DNA of 64,000 bases from a bacterium (GTDB lineage: Bacteria > Fidelibacterota > Fidelibacteria > Fidelibacterales > Fidelibacteraceae), in the NCBI GenBank assembly GCA_963676395.1, contig OY781066.1, forward strand, positions 1,440,001 to 1,504,000. The letters run 5' to 3'. How positions within the stretch are numbered: position 1 is the first letter of the stretch; the number at the start of each line of letters is the position of its first letter. Of the stretch, positions 19,208-28,849 are shown one piece after another. The notes below the pieces were generated by a model, which saw nothing but the letters and a program-made list of their open reading frames with translations, was not told where the DNA came from and did no database searches. The position numbers and the translations under genes were made by a program.

Positions 19208-20056
19208 ATGGATATACAATCAATATTAATAGCAGCCTTATCAATGGGTGGATTGGGCTTGATCTTTGCCGTGATTCTGGCTATTGCAAACATTAAATTG
19301 CATGTAGAAGAAGACCCTCGTGTAACTCAGATCATGGAAGTGATCCCCGGCGCCAATTGTGGTGGATGTGGTTATCCCGGTTGCTCGGCATTTGCGGATG
19401 CGGTAGTCAAAGGTAATGCGCCGGTGAACGGTTGCCCTGTGGGTGGCGATGAATTTGCTGAACAGGTTGCCAAGATTATGGGTGTTGAAGTTGCTAAAGG
19501 CGAAAAGGTGGTCGCTCAATGTCAGTGCCAGGGTGGCATGGCAGAGATCGCTTACCAGGGCGAGTATCAAGGTGCTCAGTCTTGTATTGCTGCAACTTTG
19601 GTATCCGGTGGAAAGAAATTATGTGAATTCGGTTGTCTTGGACTTGGTGATTGTGCCGCTATTTGTCCTTTTGATGCTATCACTATCTCAGAAAATCGTT
19701 TGCCGATTGTGGATAAAGAAAAATGTGTTGCTTGTGGTAAATGTGTAGATGTTTGTCCTCGTGACCTGATGGAAATGCATCCAATTTCACATCGCGTGAA
19801 AGTGCTGTGTAAAAATCATGATATTGGTCGCTACGCCATGAAGGTCTGCACTCGCTCATGTATCGCTTGCGGACTTTGTGTTAAAAAATGTCCTTTTGAT
19901 GCCATTCATGTTATTGATGATTTGGCAACTATTGATTATGAAAAATGTAAGCAATGCGGACTTTGTGCAACGGTTTGCCCTCAAAATGCAATTGAACACG
20001 TAAAGAAACCACGAAAAGCAAAACCCAAACCTGCTCTCGAAGCAGATGAAACATAA
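19208..20056 (+). CDS. rnfB: Rnf complex subunit B (polyferredoxin)
   Basis: N-terminal TM, PGANCGGCGYPGC, multiple CxxCxxCxxxCP motifs. Confidence 0.95.
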   Translation: MDIQSILIAALSMGGLGLIFAVILAIANIKLHVEEDPRVTQIMEVIPGANCGGCGYPGCSAFADAVVKGNAPVNGCPVGGDEFAEQVAKIMGVEVAKGEKVVAQCQCQGGMAEIAYQGEYQGAQSCIAATLVSGGKKLCEFGCLGLGDCAAICPFDAITISENRLPIVDKEKCVACGKCVDVCPRDLMEMHPISHRVKVLCKNHDIGRYAMKVCTRSCIACGLCVKKCPFDAIHVIDDLATIDYEKCKQCGLCATVCPQNAIEHVKKPRKAKPKPALEADET

Positions 20057-20066
20057 AATATTGGAG

Positions 20067-20098
20067 GTGTAGAGATGTAAAATATTGCATTTCTACAC
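20067..20098. repeat. REP-like GTAG hairpin
   Basis: GTGTAGAGATGTAA-aata-TTGCATTTCTACAC, an imperfect 14-bp stem with GTAG...CTAC near its base. Confidence 0.5.
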
Positions 20099-20107
20099 TA
20101 TTTATTT

Positions 20108-20533
20108 ATGCCTACAAATGGAATAATATCAGAAAAACAAAACGGAAAGATCCATATAAAGATCGCTGATAATATGGACGCCTGTAAAGGCTGTGCCGCA
20201 CATGCGCTGTGTGGTAAAAAAGATTGTGATGATGCACAGATCATTTTGAATGATAGAGATGATCTGCAACTGAATGATAAAGTCGTGGTTGAAGAAGCGG
20301 GTGGATTGTTGATTAAAACATCACTGATCGCTTATGGTATCCCTATGCTTTTTTTTGCAGCTGGTATTTTTCTTGGCTTACTGATCCCAGAGATAGCGAT
20401 ACCAAAAGAATTGGTTCAATTCTTTTGTGGAATTATAACGCTCATCATCGGTGGTTTTGTTGGGCGATGGATAGCAAATATTGTTTCCCGACAAGTCGAT
20501 AAAAATATGATCGTGGAAAAAGTGGTAACTTGA
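20108..20533 (+). CDS. rseC: RseC/MucC-family protein, last gene of the rnf operon
   Basis: ACKGCAAHALC motif, AYGIP, two C-terminal TM helices, position after rnfB. Confidence 0.85.
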   Translation: MPTNGIISEKQNGKIHIKIADNMDACKGCAAHALCGKKDCDDAQIILNDRDDLQLNDKVVVEEAGGLLIKTSLIAYGIPMLFFAAGIFLGLLIPEIAIPKELVQFFCGIITLIIGGFVGRWIANIVSRQVDKNMIVEKVVT

Positions 20534-20600
20534 TTTGTCTAATTGACTAGGCGAGTAGGGAAACCAACTGATCTAAAGAATAAAGAATTAAAATTGCAGA

Positions 20601-20630
20601 GGCAGACTCTAGTGTCTGCTTTTTTATTTT
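20601..20630 (+). terminator. Intrinsic terminator of the rnf operon
   Basis: GGCAGAC...GTCTGCT followed by a T run. Confidence 0.7.
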
Positions 20631-20641
20631 TAAGCTAAAAA

Positions 20642-20710
20642 TTATTCAACGAGTCGGTTCGCTTGTTATTCAACCGACTCGGTTCAAGTAATACCCAACC
20701 GAGTCGGTTG
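20642..20710. repeat. Three copies of palindrome AACCGA(G/C)TCGGTT at a 25-bp period
   Basis: GAGTC/GACTC cores at 20651, 20676 and 20701; copy 1 lacks one C. Confidence 0.85.
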
Positions 20711-20946
20711 AAAAATCACGACAATCTAGGTCCCAAAACCAGCTCCGAATGACACGATAAAATCATTGAATAGGTTAAGGATGTTTGGTAAAACCTTGTA
20801 TAATCTTGCGATAATTCGAATAATCATCGAAAATAGACGTAAATAATAATAATAAATCAAAATTCAATAAAATATGTTTGTTTTTTATAAATTCAGTTCC
20901 TATCTTAGCGCAGGTTTTTGAACAACAAAATGCAAAGGAAGAACTG

Positions 20947-23040
20947 ATGAAGCACACAGACTCCGATATTATGAAAGTATTTGGCGTCAATGTATTTGGC
21001 GATGCAGTGATGCGCGCGCGTTTGCCTAGAAATGTTTATGAAGAGCTTAAAGAGGTGATGGCTGGCCATAAAAAGCTTGAACCAAATGTAGCTGAAATTG
21101 TTGCCAATGCTATGAAGGATTGGGCGATTGAAAAAGGTGCTACTCACTATACGCATTGGTTTCAACCACTTACAGGTATTACGGCTGAAAAACACGAGTC
21201 CTTTGTATCACCTATCGGTAATGGTTCTATTACTATGGAATTTTCCGGTAAGGAATTGATTCAGGGTGAGCCGGATGCATCTTCTTTTCCCTCGGGTGGT
21301 TTGCGTGCAACATTTGAAGCACGCGGCTATACTATTTGGGATGTAACCTCACCGGCTTTTATTAAAGATGATGAGAACGGTAAAACGCTCTATATTCCTA
21401 CAGCATTTTCATCGTATACAGGTGAAGCCCTCGATAAAAAAACACCTCTTCTTCGATCAGCTGAAGCACTATCGAAACAAGTGATCCGCGTATTGAGATT
21501 GCTGGGTAATACAACGTCAGAATATGCGGTTCCCGAAGTGGGTCCTGAACAGGAATATTTTTTGGTTGATGAGGAATTATATAATAAACGCCTGGATCTT
21601 CAGATGACCGGTCGTACTCTTTTCGGTGCGCCTGCACCGAAGGGGCATGAGCTTGATGATCACTATTTTGGTTCGATCAAGGATAGGGTCTCTGAATTTA
21701 TGAATGACCTTGATATGGAGTGTTGGAAACTTGGTGTAACTGCTAAGACCCGTCATAACGAAGTAGCTCCCAATCAGTACGAATTAGCGGTTGTCTATGG
21801 TGAATGTAATATGACCATTGATCAGAATCATCTGGTTATGGATATTATGAAGCGAGTTGCCCGTCGTCATGGTTTGGTTTGTCTTCTACACGAAAAACCT
21901 TTTGCGCGTGTAAATGGTTCAGGAAAACATAACAACTGGTCAGTTGCTACTAATGATGGCATTAACTGTTTACGTCCCGGTAAAACTGCCGATGAAAATA
22001 AGCGATTCCTGCTTTTTATAGCGGCAGTGTTAAAAGCGGTTGACGAATATTCGGATCTTTTACGTCTTGCCGCTTCAACTCCGGGTAACGATCACCGTCT
22101 AGGTGGAAATGAAGCGCCACCGGCGATCATTTCTGCTTATTTGGGTCACACTCTGACTCGCTTATTAGATGGTTTGGAAGCAGGTGAAGTGCTGGAAATT
22201 ACAGAAAAAGAAATTTTTAAATCAAGTGTTTCGGCTTTACCTGATATTACAAAAGATGATACCGATCGTAACAGAACATCACCGTTTGCCTTTACGGCGA
22301 ATAAGTTTGAATTCCGTATGACATCTTCTAAGGGGTCGTTGGCCAGACCCAATATGATCCTCAATGCGATCATGGCAGATTCTTTATCTGATATTGCTGA
22401 TATGCTTGAAGAAAAGAAAGATGTCGAAGCTGTGATCAAGGAAGTATATTCCAAACATAAACGTATTGTTTTTAATGGTGACGGCTATTCCGCAGCATGG
22501 CATAAAGAAGCTGCAGAGCGTGGCTTGCCTCGTTTTGATAAGAGTGTTGATGTTTACCCCGAATTAACTTCGGCGAAAAATGTTGCTATGTTTGCGCGAC
22601 AAGGTGTAATGACCGAGAAGGAATTAATCGCTCGTCAGCATATATTTTTGGAAGACTATGTACTGAAAAACCGCATTGAAGCTAACACTATGATCATGAT
22701 GGCTCAGCGTCAGATCTTACCTGCAGTATTAAAATATCAGCGTATGGTAGCAGAAGATGCTCGACTTTTGGCTGAGGTTGCAGGAGATAATAAAGTAGCT
22801 CGTGATACTTTGAAAGTCCTTAATAAAAACCTAAGAGCATTTGCTGACGGTATTGAAGCCTTGAAAGCTGATCTTGAAAAACTGAGCGTTATGAGTGAAG
22901 AGGAAGCTCCGCTTTTCACCGGAGAAACACTCTTGGCGGATATGGAAACATTGAGAAAAGCCGGAGATGCACTTGAAGAGATTTGTGGTGAAGAGTACTG
23001 GCCTATGCCGACATATTCTGATCTATTATTCTATATCTAA
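20947..23040 (+). CDS. glnA: Glutamine synthetase type III
   Basis: [65 protein letters not shown] 20947 follows AAGGA. Confidence 0.96.
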   Translation: MKHTDSDIMKVFGVNVFGDAVMRARLPRNVYEELKEVMAGHKKLEPNVAEIVANAMKDWAIEKGATHYTHWFQPLTGITAEKHESFVSPIGNGSITMEFSGKELIQGEPDASSFPSGGLRATFEARGYTIWDVTSPAFIKDDENGKTLYIPTAFSSYTGEALDKKTPLLRSAEALSKQVIRVLRLLGNTTSEYAVPEVGPEQEYFLVDEELYNKRLDLQMTGRTLFGAPAPKGHELDDHYFGSIKDRVSEFMNDLDMECWKLGVTAKTRHNEVAPNQYELAVVYGECNMTIDQNHLVMDIMKRVARRHGLVCLLHEKPFARVNGSGKHNNWSVATNDGINCLRPGKTADENKRFLLFIAAVLKAVDEYSDLLRLAASTPGNDHRLGGNEAPPAIISAYLGHTLTRLLDGLEAGEVLEITEKEIFKSSVSALPDITKDDTDRNRTSPFAFTANKFEFRMTSSKGSLARPNMILNAIMADSLSDIADMLEEKKDVEAVIKEVYSKHKRIVFNGDGYSAAWHKEAAERGLPRFDKSVDVYPELTSAKNVAMFARQGVMTEKELIARQHIFLEDYVLKNRIEANTMIMMAQRQILPAVLKYQRMVAEDARLLAEVAGDNKVARDTLKVLNKNLRAFADGIEALKADLEKLSVMSEEEAPLFTGETLLADMETLRKAGDALEEICGEEYWPMPTYSDLLFYI

Positions 23041-23063
23041 AATAAGAAATACGCCTAATAGAA

Positions 23064-23098
23064 GAGAAAGCCTTTGACTTTTAGTCGAGGGCTTTCTC
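23064..23098 (+). terminator. Hairpin/terminator after glnA
   Basis: GAGAAAGCCTTTGACT-ttt-AGTCGAGGGCTTTCTC, 16-bp stem with G:U pairs; weak U tail. Confidence 0.6.
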
Positions 23099-23249
23099 GA
23101 TTATGTGTGTAAAATTGTTCGACCGCTTAATGATGGTTTAAGCTACTTAAAAGTAAATATTCGTTTATTCCGTAATTCCTTCTAAAACAATCTTGATTAT
23201 TTCGTTGTTATATTAGCGGAAAAAGTCGTGTGATCTTGTTAATGATATA

Positions 23250-23267
23250 ATGTGAAAAACATCACAT
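23250..23267. promoter_or_regulatory. Rex operator upstream of rex
   Basis: ATGTGAAAAACATCACAT resembles the Rex consensus TTGTGAA-N4-TTCACAA. It overlaps an extended -10 (TGaTATAAT, 23243-23251) and lies just upstream of TTGCTT-17-TACATT (23273-23301). Confidence 0.75.
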
Positions 23268-23323
23268 AAATCTTGCTTGAGCAAAAAAAACATAATACAT
23301 TAAGGTGTTAAAGGAGAAGACAC

Positions 23324-23959
23324 ATGAATTTTAAGAATCACGTAACACGACTCTCACAGTACAAAGCAGCGCTTGAAAGAATGGATAATGAAGGAAATGA
23401 AAAAACGCATGCGGAAACCATTTCCAGCTTTATTGGTATTCCTGCAACCCAAATAAGAAAAGACTTTTCTCTTTTTGGAATTCGCGGAAATAAACGCGGA
23501 GGTTACGTTGTGAAAGATTTATTGGCAGAGTTAAAGGGTATTCTTGGAATTGACGAAAAGATCCCCGTGGTTCTGATCGGATATGGCCATCTTGGTAAGG
23601 CTTTAACCAGATATCCGGGTTTTCATAAAGGTTCTATCCGTATTATTGCCGCCTTTGATCCTGCCGTGGGTGCACTTTCAAATCAACCCACAGTTCCGGT
23701 TTTTCCTCCTGCAAGTATTCCGACCTTCCTAAAGAAAAATGGTGTAAAACATGCTATTCTTGCCGTGCCCGATGACGTAGCACAGGAAATGTTTGATAAG
23801 CTTTATATGCATGGTATTAGAGGATTTATAAATTTTTCTTCCATTCCATTGAATGTTCCCGCAGACGCGTATGTAAATAATGTGGATCTTGAATTGGAAT
23901 TGGAAACCGTAGTATTTTATACCAGAGAGTCGGAAAAAAATGAGCAAAAAGAAACTTAA
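23324..23959 (+). CDS. rex: Redox-sensing transcriptional repressor Rex
   Basis: RLSQY...QIRKDFS..G.RG..GY winged helix; GYGHLG Rossmann motif; GIRGFINF. Confidence 0.92.
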   Translation: MNFKNHVTRLSQYKAALERMDNEGNEKTHAETISSFIGIPATQIRKDFSLFGIRGNKRGGYVVKDLLAELKGILGIDEKIPVVLIGYGHLGKALTRYPGFHKGSIRIIAAFDPAVGALSNQPTVPVFPPASIPTFLKKNGVKHAILAVPDDVAQEMFDKLYMHGIRGFINFSSIPLNVPADAYVNNVDLELELETVVFYTRESEKNEQKET

Positions 23960-24203
23960 AGTCGAAATTTGCATGGGTTCTTCCTGCTTTAGCAGAGGGA
24001 ACAAACTTATTCTACCTATTTTACAGACTATGGTTAATAATAATGAGGTAAATGCTGAGCTTGTATTGACAGGTAGTCTTTGCAGTGAAAATTGCTCAAA
24101 AGGTCCGGTTCTTTTTGTTAATGATAAAATGTACGACCGGGTTCATCCCGATTCCGTAAAAGATCTATTGCTTCATTTGGCAGATGGAGCTGGCAATGAA
24201 TAA
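23940..24203 (+). CDS. Thioredoxin-like 2Fe-2S ferredoxin (HfsA-like)
   Basis: ICMGSSCFSRG...LCSENCSKGP; lies directly before the sensory hydrogenase. Confidence 0.85.
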   Translation: MSKKKLKVEICMGSSCFSRGNKLILPILQTMVNNNEVNAELVLTGSLCSENCSKGPVLFVNDKMYDRVHPDSVKDLLLHLADGAGNE

Positions 24204-25926
24204 TACTTATCCAATTTATACGGGTACGGCCGATTGCCAGGATTGCTATAAGTGTGTCCGTCATTGTCCCGTAAAAGCGATCCACATAGAGAATGGTAAA
24301 GCTTCTGTGATACCCGAAGATTGTATTCTTTGTGGTAAATGCGTATTGTTTTGTCCTTCGGGTGCGAAAAAGATCCGCGATGATTTAGAGAGAGTTAAGC
24401 AGTTATTGCGAATAAAAGATAGGGTTATTGTTTCTTTAGCTCCTTCATTTATCAATGAATTTGATAATGTATCAAAACAGCAATTGATCGCTGCTTTTAA
24501 AACTCTGGGTTTTTGGGGTGTTTCTGAAACTGCTTTAGGAGCTCAGGAAGTTTCTGCTCATGTAGCCGATTTATTATCAAATAGCAAAAAAGGGATATTT
24601 TTGTCTTCTGCTTGTCCTTCTGCTGTAGAGTTGGTTCGCAAACATTATTCGGAATTTCATTCTGTTGTTACAACATTAAAATCACCTATGCAGGCACATG
24701 CCACTCGTTTATTAAGGGAATATGGTACTAATATTACGATTGTTTTTGTAGGACCTTGTATTGCCAAGAAAGAAGAATCTGATCTTCATCCTGAGTTGGT
24801 ATCGGCATCTTTGACTTTTAAAGATATTCAGAAATGGTTTGATCAGGAGGGTATTGATCCTTCGAAACTTGATGCCGGTGCTGATGATATGTTTATTCCT
24901 GAAGATGCCAAAGAAGGTTCTTTATATCCCGTCGAAGGTGGGATGATCGCAGGTATTAAGGCTGAATGTTCTGTTGATGACCCCGCATTTATGAGTTTCT
25001 CGGGTGTAGGTGATATTCAAATGGCTTTAAGAGGTTTAGAAGAATTTGATCCGGATAAACCGGTTTTTATTGAATTATTGGCTTGTAAGGGTGGTTGTAT
25101 CAACGGACCGGCCAAATTAAGCGATAAATCCACTGTGCTGAAACGTTTTACCGTGTTGGAGGAGGGACAGCAACACAATAAAGCGCAAATCCCTCGTAAA
25201 CCACTGGAAGCGATCAATGAAGAATATATTCGTATTGTAAATGATGATGGTCATATTTGCGAAGCGGATATTCAGGAAGCTTTACATAAAATTGGTAAAT
25301 ATTCTAAAGATGATGAGATCAATTGCGGTGGATGTGGTTATTATTCCTGTCGGGATTTTGCTCGCGCTTTGATCAATGGAAGAGCTGAACGAGAAATGTG
25401 TGTAACTCGTATGCGTAAATTGGCATATAAGAAAGCCAATGCACTTTTAAAAGCGATTCCATCGGGTGTTGTGATTGTAAATGAAGATCTTAAGATCGTG
25501 GAATGTAATAAAAAATTCTCAAAACTTTTAGGTGAAGCGGAAGAACAGATATTTGATGCCAAACCCGGTATGGAAGGCGCAAGTCTGAAAAAGATCATTC
25601 CTTTTCATCACAATTTTTCAACCGTTCTTGAAAGCGGTGAAGACATTCTTGAAAAAGATTTTAAAATAGGTGAACAGATCATTCACGGTTCGATATTCAG
25701 TATCGAAAAAGGTCGCATTGTAGGGGGTGTATTTCAGGATATTACCAATCCTGCAATGCAACGTGACCAAATTATTGGTAAAACAAAAGAAGTGATCGAA
25801 AAGAATCTTGAAACAGTACAAAAGATCGCCTATCTCCTGGGTGAAAATGCTTCCGAAACACAGGTTGTGTTAGATTCTATCATCAACTCGTTTTCTATGG
25901 AACTGAAAGACAATGAAAGCAAGTAA
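24196..25926 (+). CDS. hfsB: Sensory [FeFe] hydrogenase with C-terminal Fe-S and PAS domains (group C, HydS/HfsB-like)
   Basis: Two N-terminal 4Fe-4S motifs; H-cluster motifs SSACP, GPCIAKKEE, ELLACKGGC; NCGGCGYYSC cluster; PAS-like C-terminus. ATG 24196 follows GGAG. Confidence 0.88.
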   Translation: MNNTYPIYTGTADCQDCYKCVRHCPVKAIHIENGKASVIPEDCILCGKCVLFCPSGAKKIRDDLERVKQLLRIKDRVIVSLAPSFINEFDNVSKQQLIAAFKTLGFWGVSETALGAQEVSAHVADLLSNSKKGIFLSSACPSAVELVRKHYSEFHSVVTTLKSPMQAHATRLLREYGTNITIVFVGPCIAKKEESDLHPELVSASLTFKDIQKWFDQEGIDPSKLDAGADDMFIPEDAKEGSLYPVEGGMIAGIKAECSVDDPAFMSFSGVGDIQMALRGLEEFDPDKPVFIELLACKGGCINGPAKLSDKSTVLKRFTVLEEGQQHNKAQIPRKPLEAINEEYIRIVNDDGHICEADIQEALHKIGKYSKDDEINCGGCGYYSCRDFARALINGRAEREMCVTRMRKLAYKKANALLKAIPSGVVIVNEDLKIVECNKKFSKLLGEAEEQIFDAKPGMEGASLKKIIPFHHNFSTVLESGEDILEKDFKIGEQIIHGSIFSIEKGRIVGGVFQDITNPAMQRDQIIGKTKEVIEKNLETVQKIAYLLGENASETQVVLDSIINSFSMELKDNESK

Positions 25927-27100
25927 GACATTTGTTGAAATTGATCATACACATGTCAATAAGAAACAACAACTTCTTTGTGGTGATGCTTTCATGTCTA
26001 AAAAATTGAAAGCAGATCAACGCGTGATCACAGTGCTTTCCGATGGATTGGGTTCCGGTGTAAAAGCAAATGTTTTATCGACTATGACGGCAACGATGGT
26101 TTTGAATTATTTGAGCAAGAATTATGATCTAAAGAAAACCGCAAAAGCCATTATGCAAACTTTGCCTGTATGTTCTGTCCGTAAAATTTCTTATGCAACT
26201 TTCAGTATTGCAGATATTGATCATGAGGGGAACGTAAATCTGATCGAATACGGAAATCCCCCAGCTTTAATTTTTCGGGATGGCGAAAGAATTGAGCCTG
26301 AGCGTCAGCTATATGAATTGGTAAAAACCGATCAACTCCATGACAAAATGTATTTCTCTCAGTTTAAAGCTGAGCTGAATGATAAAATAATTCTAATGTC
26401 CGATGGCGTGTCCCAAAGCGGTCTTGGCCCAAAGCTTTATCCTTTCGGTTGGGGTGAAAATAATGTGGGTGCCTATGTGGGTGATATTCTTTCGAAGCAC
26501 CCTTCTGTTTCTGCAAGATATTTATCGCGCCTTATCACCGACAAGGCACTTGAGAATGATAATAGCACTCCTTATGATGACATATCCTGTGGTGTGATCT
26601 CTTTTCGGGAACCGCGAGAAACTTTATTAATATCCGGTCCACCCATTCATCGCGAAAATGATGTAGAGATGGGGCAGATATTTAAAGATTTTAAAGGCAA
26701 GAAAGTGATTTGCGGCGGGACCACAGCCAATATTATTGCACGCGAAACTAATGAGAATATTTCAGTAGAATTAAAGATATATGATAAAGAGATCCCGACT
26801 GTTTCCAAAATGAAGGGTGCCGATCTTATCACGGAAGGAAGCATTACTCTGGGTAAGGTGCTTGAGATTTTAGAAAATGGAATTTCACCGGAAGTACTTC
26901 CTCCTCACGGAGCGGCTCAATTGGTAGATTTTTTATTAAATTCCGACAAAATACATTTTTTGATAGGGACCAAGATTAATGAAGCGCATCAAGATCCAAA
27001 TGTACCTGTTGAGCTTGAAATTAGGCGTTCATTAATCAAGCAGATCATGAGACAATTAGAAGAAAAGTATTTAAAAGAAACGAGTTTGAAATTTATTTAG
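25913..27100 (+). CDS. hfsC: SpoIIE/PP2C-type Ser/Thr phosphatase (HfsC-like)
   Basis: CGD, LSDGLGSGVKANVLS, MSDGV, DDISC, VICGGTTA. Confidence 0.87.
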   Translation: MKASKTFVEIDHTHVNKKQQLLCGDAFMSKKLKADQRVITVLSDGLGSGVKANVLSTMTATMVLNYLSKNYDLKKTAKAIMQTLPVCSVRKISYATFSIADIDHEGNVNLIEYGNPPALIFRDGERIEPERQLYELVKTDQLHDKMYFSQFKAELNDKIILMSDGVSQSGLGPKLYPFGWGENNVGAYVGDILSKHPSVSARYLSRLITDKALENDNSTPYDDISCGVISFREPRETLLISGPPIHRENDVEMGQIFKDFKGKKVICGGTTANIIARETNENISVELKIYDKEIPTVSKMKGADLITEGSITLGKVLEILENGISPEVLPPHGAAQLVDFLLNSDKIHFLIGTKINEAHQDPNVPVELEIRRSLIKQIMRQLEEKYLKETSLKFI

Positions 27101-27111
27101 AGGTAGTATAT

Positions 27112-27360
27112 ATGTCCGAAGAAATTAAAATCATTATTTGTACCGGCACTCATTGTTTTGTCATGGGTGGTTCGGATCTTTTACTTTTGGAAGACCATAT
27201 TCCCGAAGAATTAAAGGATAAGGTCAGTATCGAAGGTTCTTCTTGTTTGAACTACTGTGAGGACAGAACAAAGGGTAAAGCTCCATTTGTCAGGATCAAT
27301 GGCAATTTGATGGAGCAGGCAACAATCCCGAAGATTCTCAAATATATTGAAACTTTATAA
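27112..27360 (+). CDS. Second thioredoxin-like 2Fe-2S ferredoxin
   Basis: ICTGTHCFVMG...SCLNYC, APFVRING. Confidence 0.8.
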   Translation: MSEEIKIIICTGTHCFVMGGSDLLLLEDHIPEELKDKVSIEGSSCLNYCEDRTKGKAPFVRINGNLMEQATIPKILKYIETL

Positions 27361-27375
27361 GTTTGAGGACGAGAG

Positions 27376-28788
27376 ATGAATTACGTTAATAATGCAACAT
27401 TAATACGAAGAGAATTGCTGGCAAAGCTTTCCGGATTACTATTAAAGAAAGATTTTTCAGCAATAGATAGAGTTCCTCTGGAAATGTTTCCCAAGAATTC
27501 TCAGTCTGTGCGTTGTTGTATTTATAAAGATCGAGCGATGATTCGCTATCGATTAATGGCTTTGTTGGGTTACGGATTGGAAAATGAGGAAGACGAGCTA
27601 AAACGACTAGAGACATATGCCGAAGAAGCTCAGGAACGTAAAAAACCAGAAGCGCCATTTTTAACGGTTATAGATGAAGCTTGTTCTTCATGTGTGAAAG
27701 TGAATTATGTAGTAACCGATGCCTGTCAGGGTTGTGTTGCTCGTCCATGTATGATGAACTGTCCTAAAGACGCCATTGAATTTATAAACGGTAAGGCACA
27801 TATCAAGCATGATACCTGTATCAATTGTGGTATCTGTTTGAAGGAATGTCCTTATCATGCAATTATATATATGCCGGTGCCTTGTGAAGAGGCCTGTCCT
27901 GTTGATGCGATCAGTAAGGATCAATTTGGCAAAGAAAAGATCGATTTTACTAAATGTATTTATTGTGGTAAATGTATGAGATCATGTCCCTTTGGTGCCA
28001 TTATGGAACGCTCACAGGTTACCGACTTAATAAAGCATTTACTTTCTGATAAGAAGACCGTTGCGATGGTAGCTCCTTCGATCGTTGGTCAATTTTCGGC
28101 ATCTTTGGGTCAAATGGTTAGTGCTTTGAAACAACTTGGCTTTGATGAAGTTCTTGAGGTTGCCGAGGGGGCGGAAGTTACCACAAAGAAAGAAACGGCA
28201 GAGTGGGTAGAGCGCATGGAAGACGGTAAATCTTTTATGACAACATCTTGTTGCCCTGCTTGGGTAGAAACTGTCGAAAAACATTTGCCTGAGCTTAAGC
28301 TATATATGTCAGATACACGCTCTCCTATGCGATATACGGGTGAAATAGCTCGCAAGGTATGTCATGGTGCGGTAAATGTATTTATTGGCCCCTGTATCGC
28401 TAAACGTCAAGAAGCCTTCAAAGATGATACGGTTGATCTGGTTATGTCAATTGAGGAGCTTGGTGCGTTATTTATAGCAGCAAAGATCGACGTTCAGAAA
28501 ATGGAAGAAAGTCAATTGAAAGATATTTCTCCGGAAAGTCGCGGTTATGCTATGAGTGGTGGAGTTGCCAATGCAGTTGCCACCGAAGCAAAAAGCGATG
28601 ATTTGAATGTTTATCAAATAGATGGATTAAGTAAACAAAGTATAAAAGAAATAAAACGATTTCCTAAAAAATGCCCCGGTAATTTTGTAGAGGTTATGTC
28701 TTGTGAAGGTGGTTGTATCGCCGGACCAAGTGTGATCTCGAATCCTAAGTTGGCATCACGTCAGTTAAATAAAATGCTGGGACGTTAA
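27376..28788 (+). CDS. Monomeric ferredoxin-type [FeFe] hydrogenase (group B, HfsD-like)
   Basis: Several 4Fe-4S motifs; H-cluster motifs TSCCPAW, GPCIAKRQE, EVMSCEGGCIAG. Confidence 0.9.
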   Translation: MNYVNNATLIRRELLAKLSGLLLKKDFSAIDRVPLEMFPKNSQSVRCCIYKDRAMIRYRLMALLGYGLENEEDELKRLETYAEEAQERKKPEAPFLTVIDEACSSCVKVNYVVTDACQGCVARPCMMNCPKDAIEFINGKAHIKHDTCINCGICLKECPYHAIIYMPVPCEEACPVDAISKDQFGKEKIDFTKCIYCGKCMRSCPFGAIMERSQVTDLIKHLLSDKKTVAMVAPSIVGQFSASLGQMVSALKQLGFDEVLEVAEGAEVTTKKETAEWVERMEDGKSFMTTSCCPAWVETVEKHLPELKLYMSDTRSPMRYTGEIARKVCHGAVNVFIGPCIAKRQEAFKDDTVDLVMSIEELGALFIAAKIDVQKMEESQLKDISPESRGYAMSGGVANAVATEAKSDDLNVYQIDGLSKQSIKEIKRFPKKCPGNFVEVMSCEGGCIAGPSVISNPKLASRQLNKMLGR

Positions 28789-28816
28789 ACACGCACTTCA
28801 TATCCTTTTCATACAG

Positions 28817-28845
28817 GAGCCCTTTATGTTAACCATAAGGGGCTC
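28817..28845. terminator. Hairpin between convergent genes, possible bidirectional terminator
   Basis: GAGCCCTTTATG-ttaac-CATAAGGGGCTC. Confidence 0.6.
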
Positions 28846-28849
28846 TGTC

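Noticed and set aside
20548..20575. GAAA-tetraloop hairpin just after the rseC TGA (SECIS- or riboswitch-like)
   Set aside because: The stem is short and imperfect, another in-frame stop follows within three codons, and I recognise no aptamer consensus.
20642..20710. Mini-CRISPR reading of the triple palindrome
   Set aside because: A 25-bp period leaves only 5-12 nt between repeats, far too short for spacers, and there are no cas genes.
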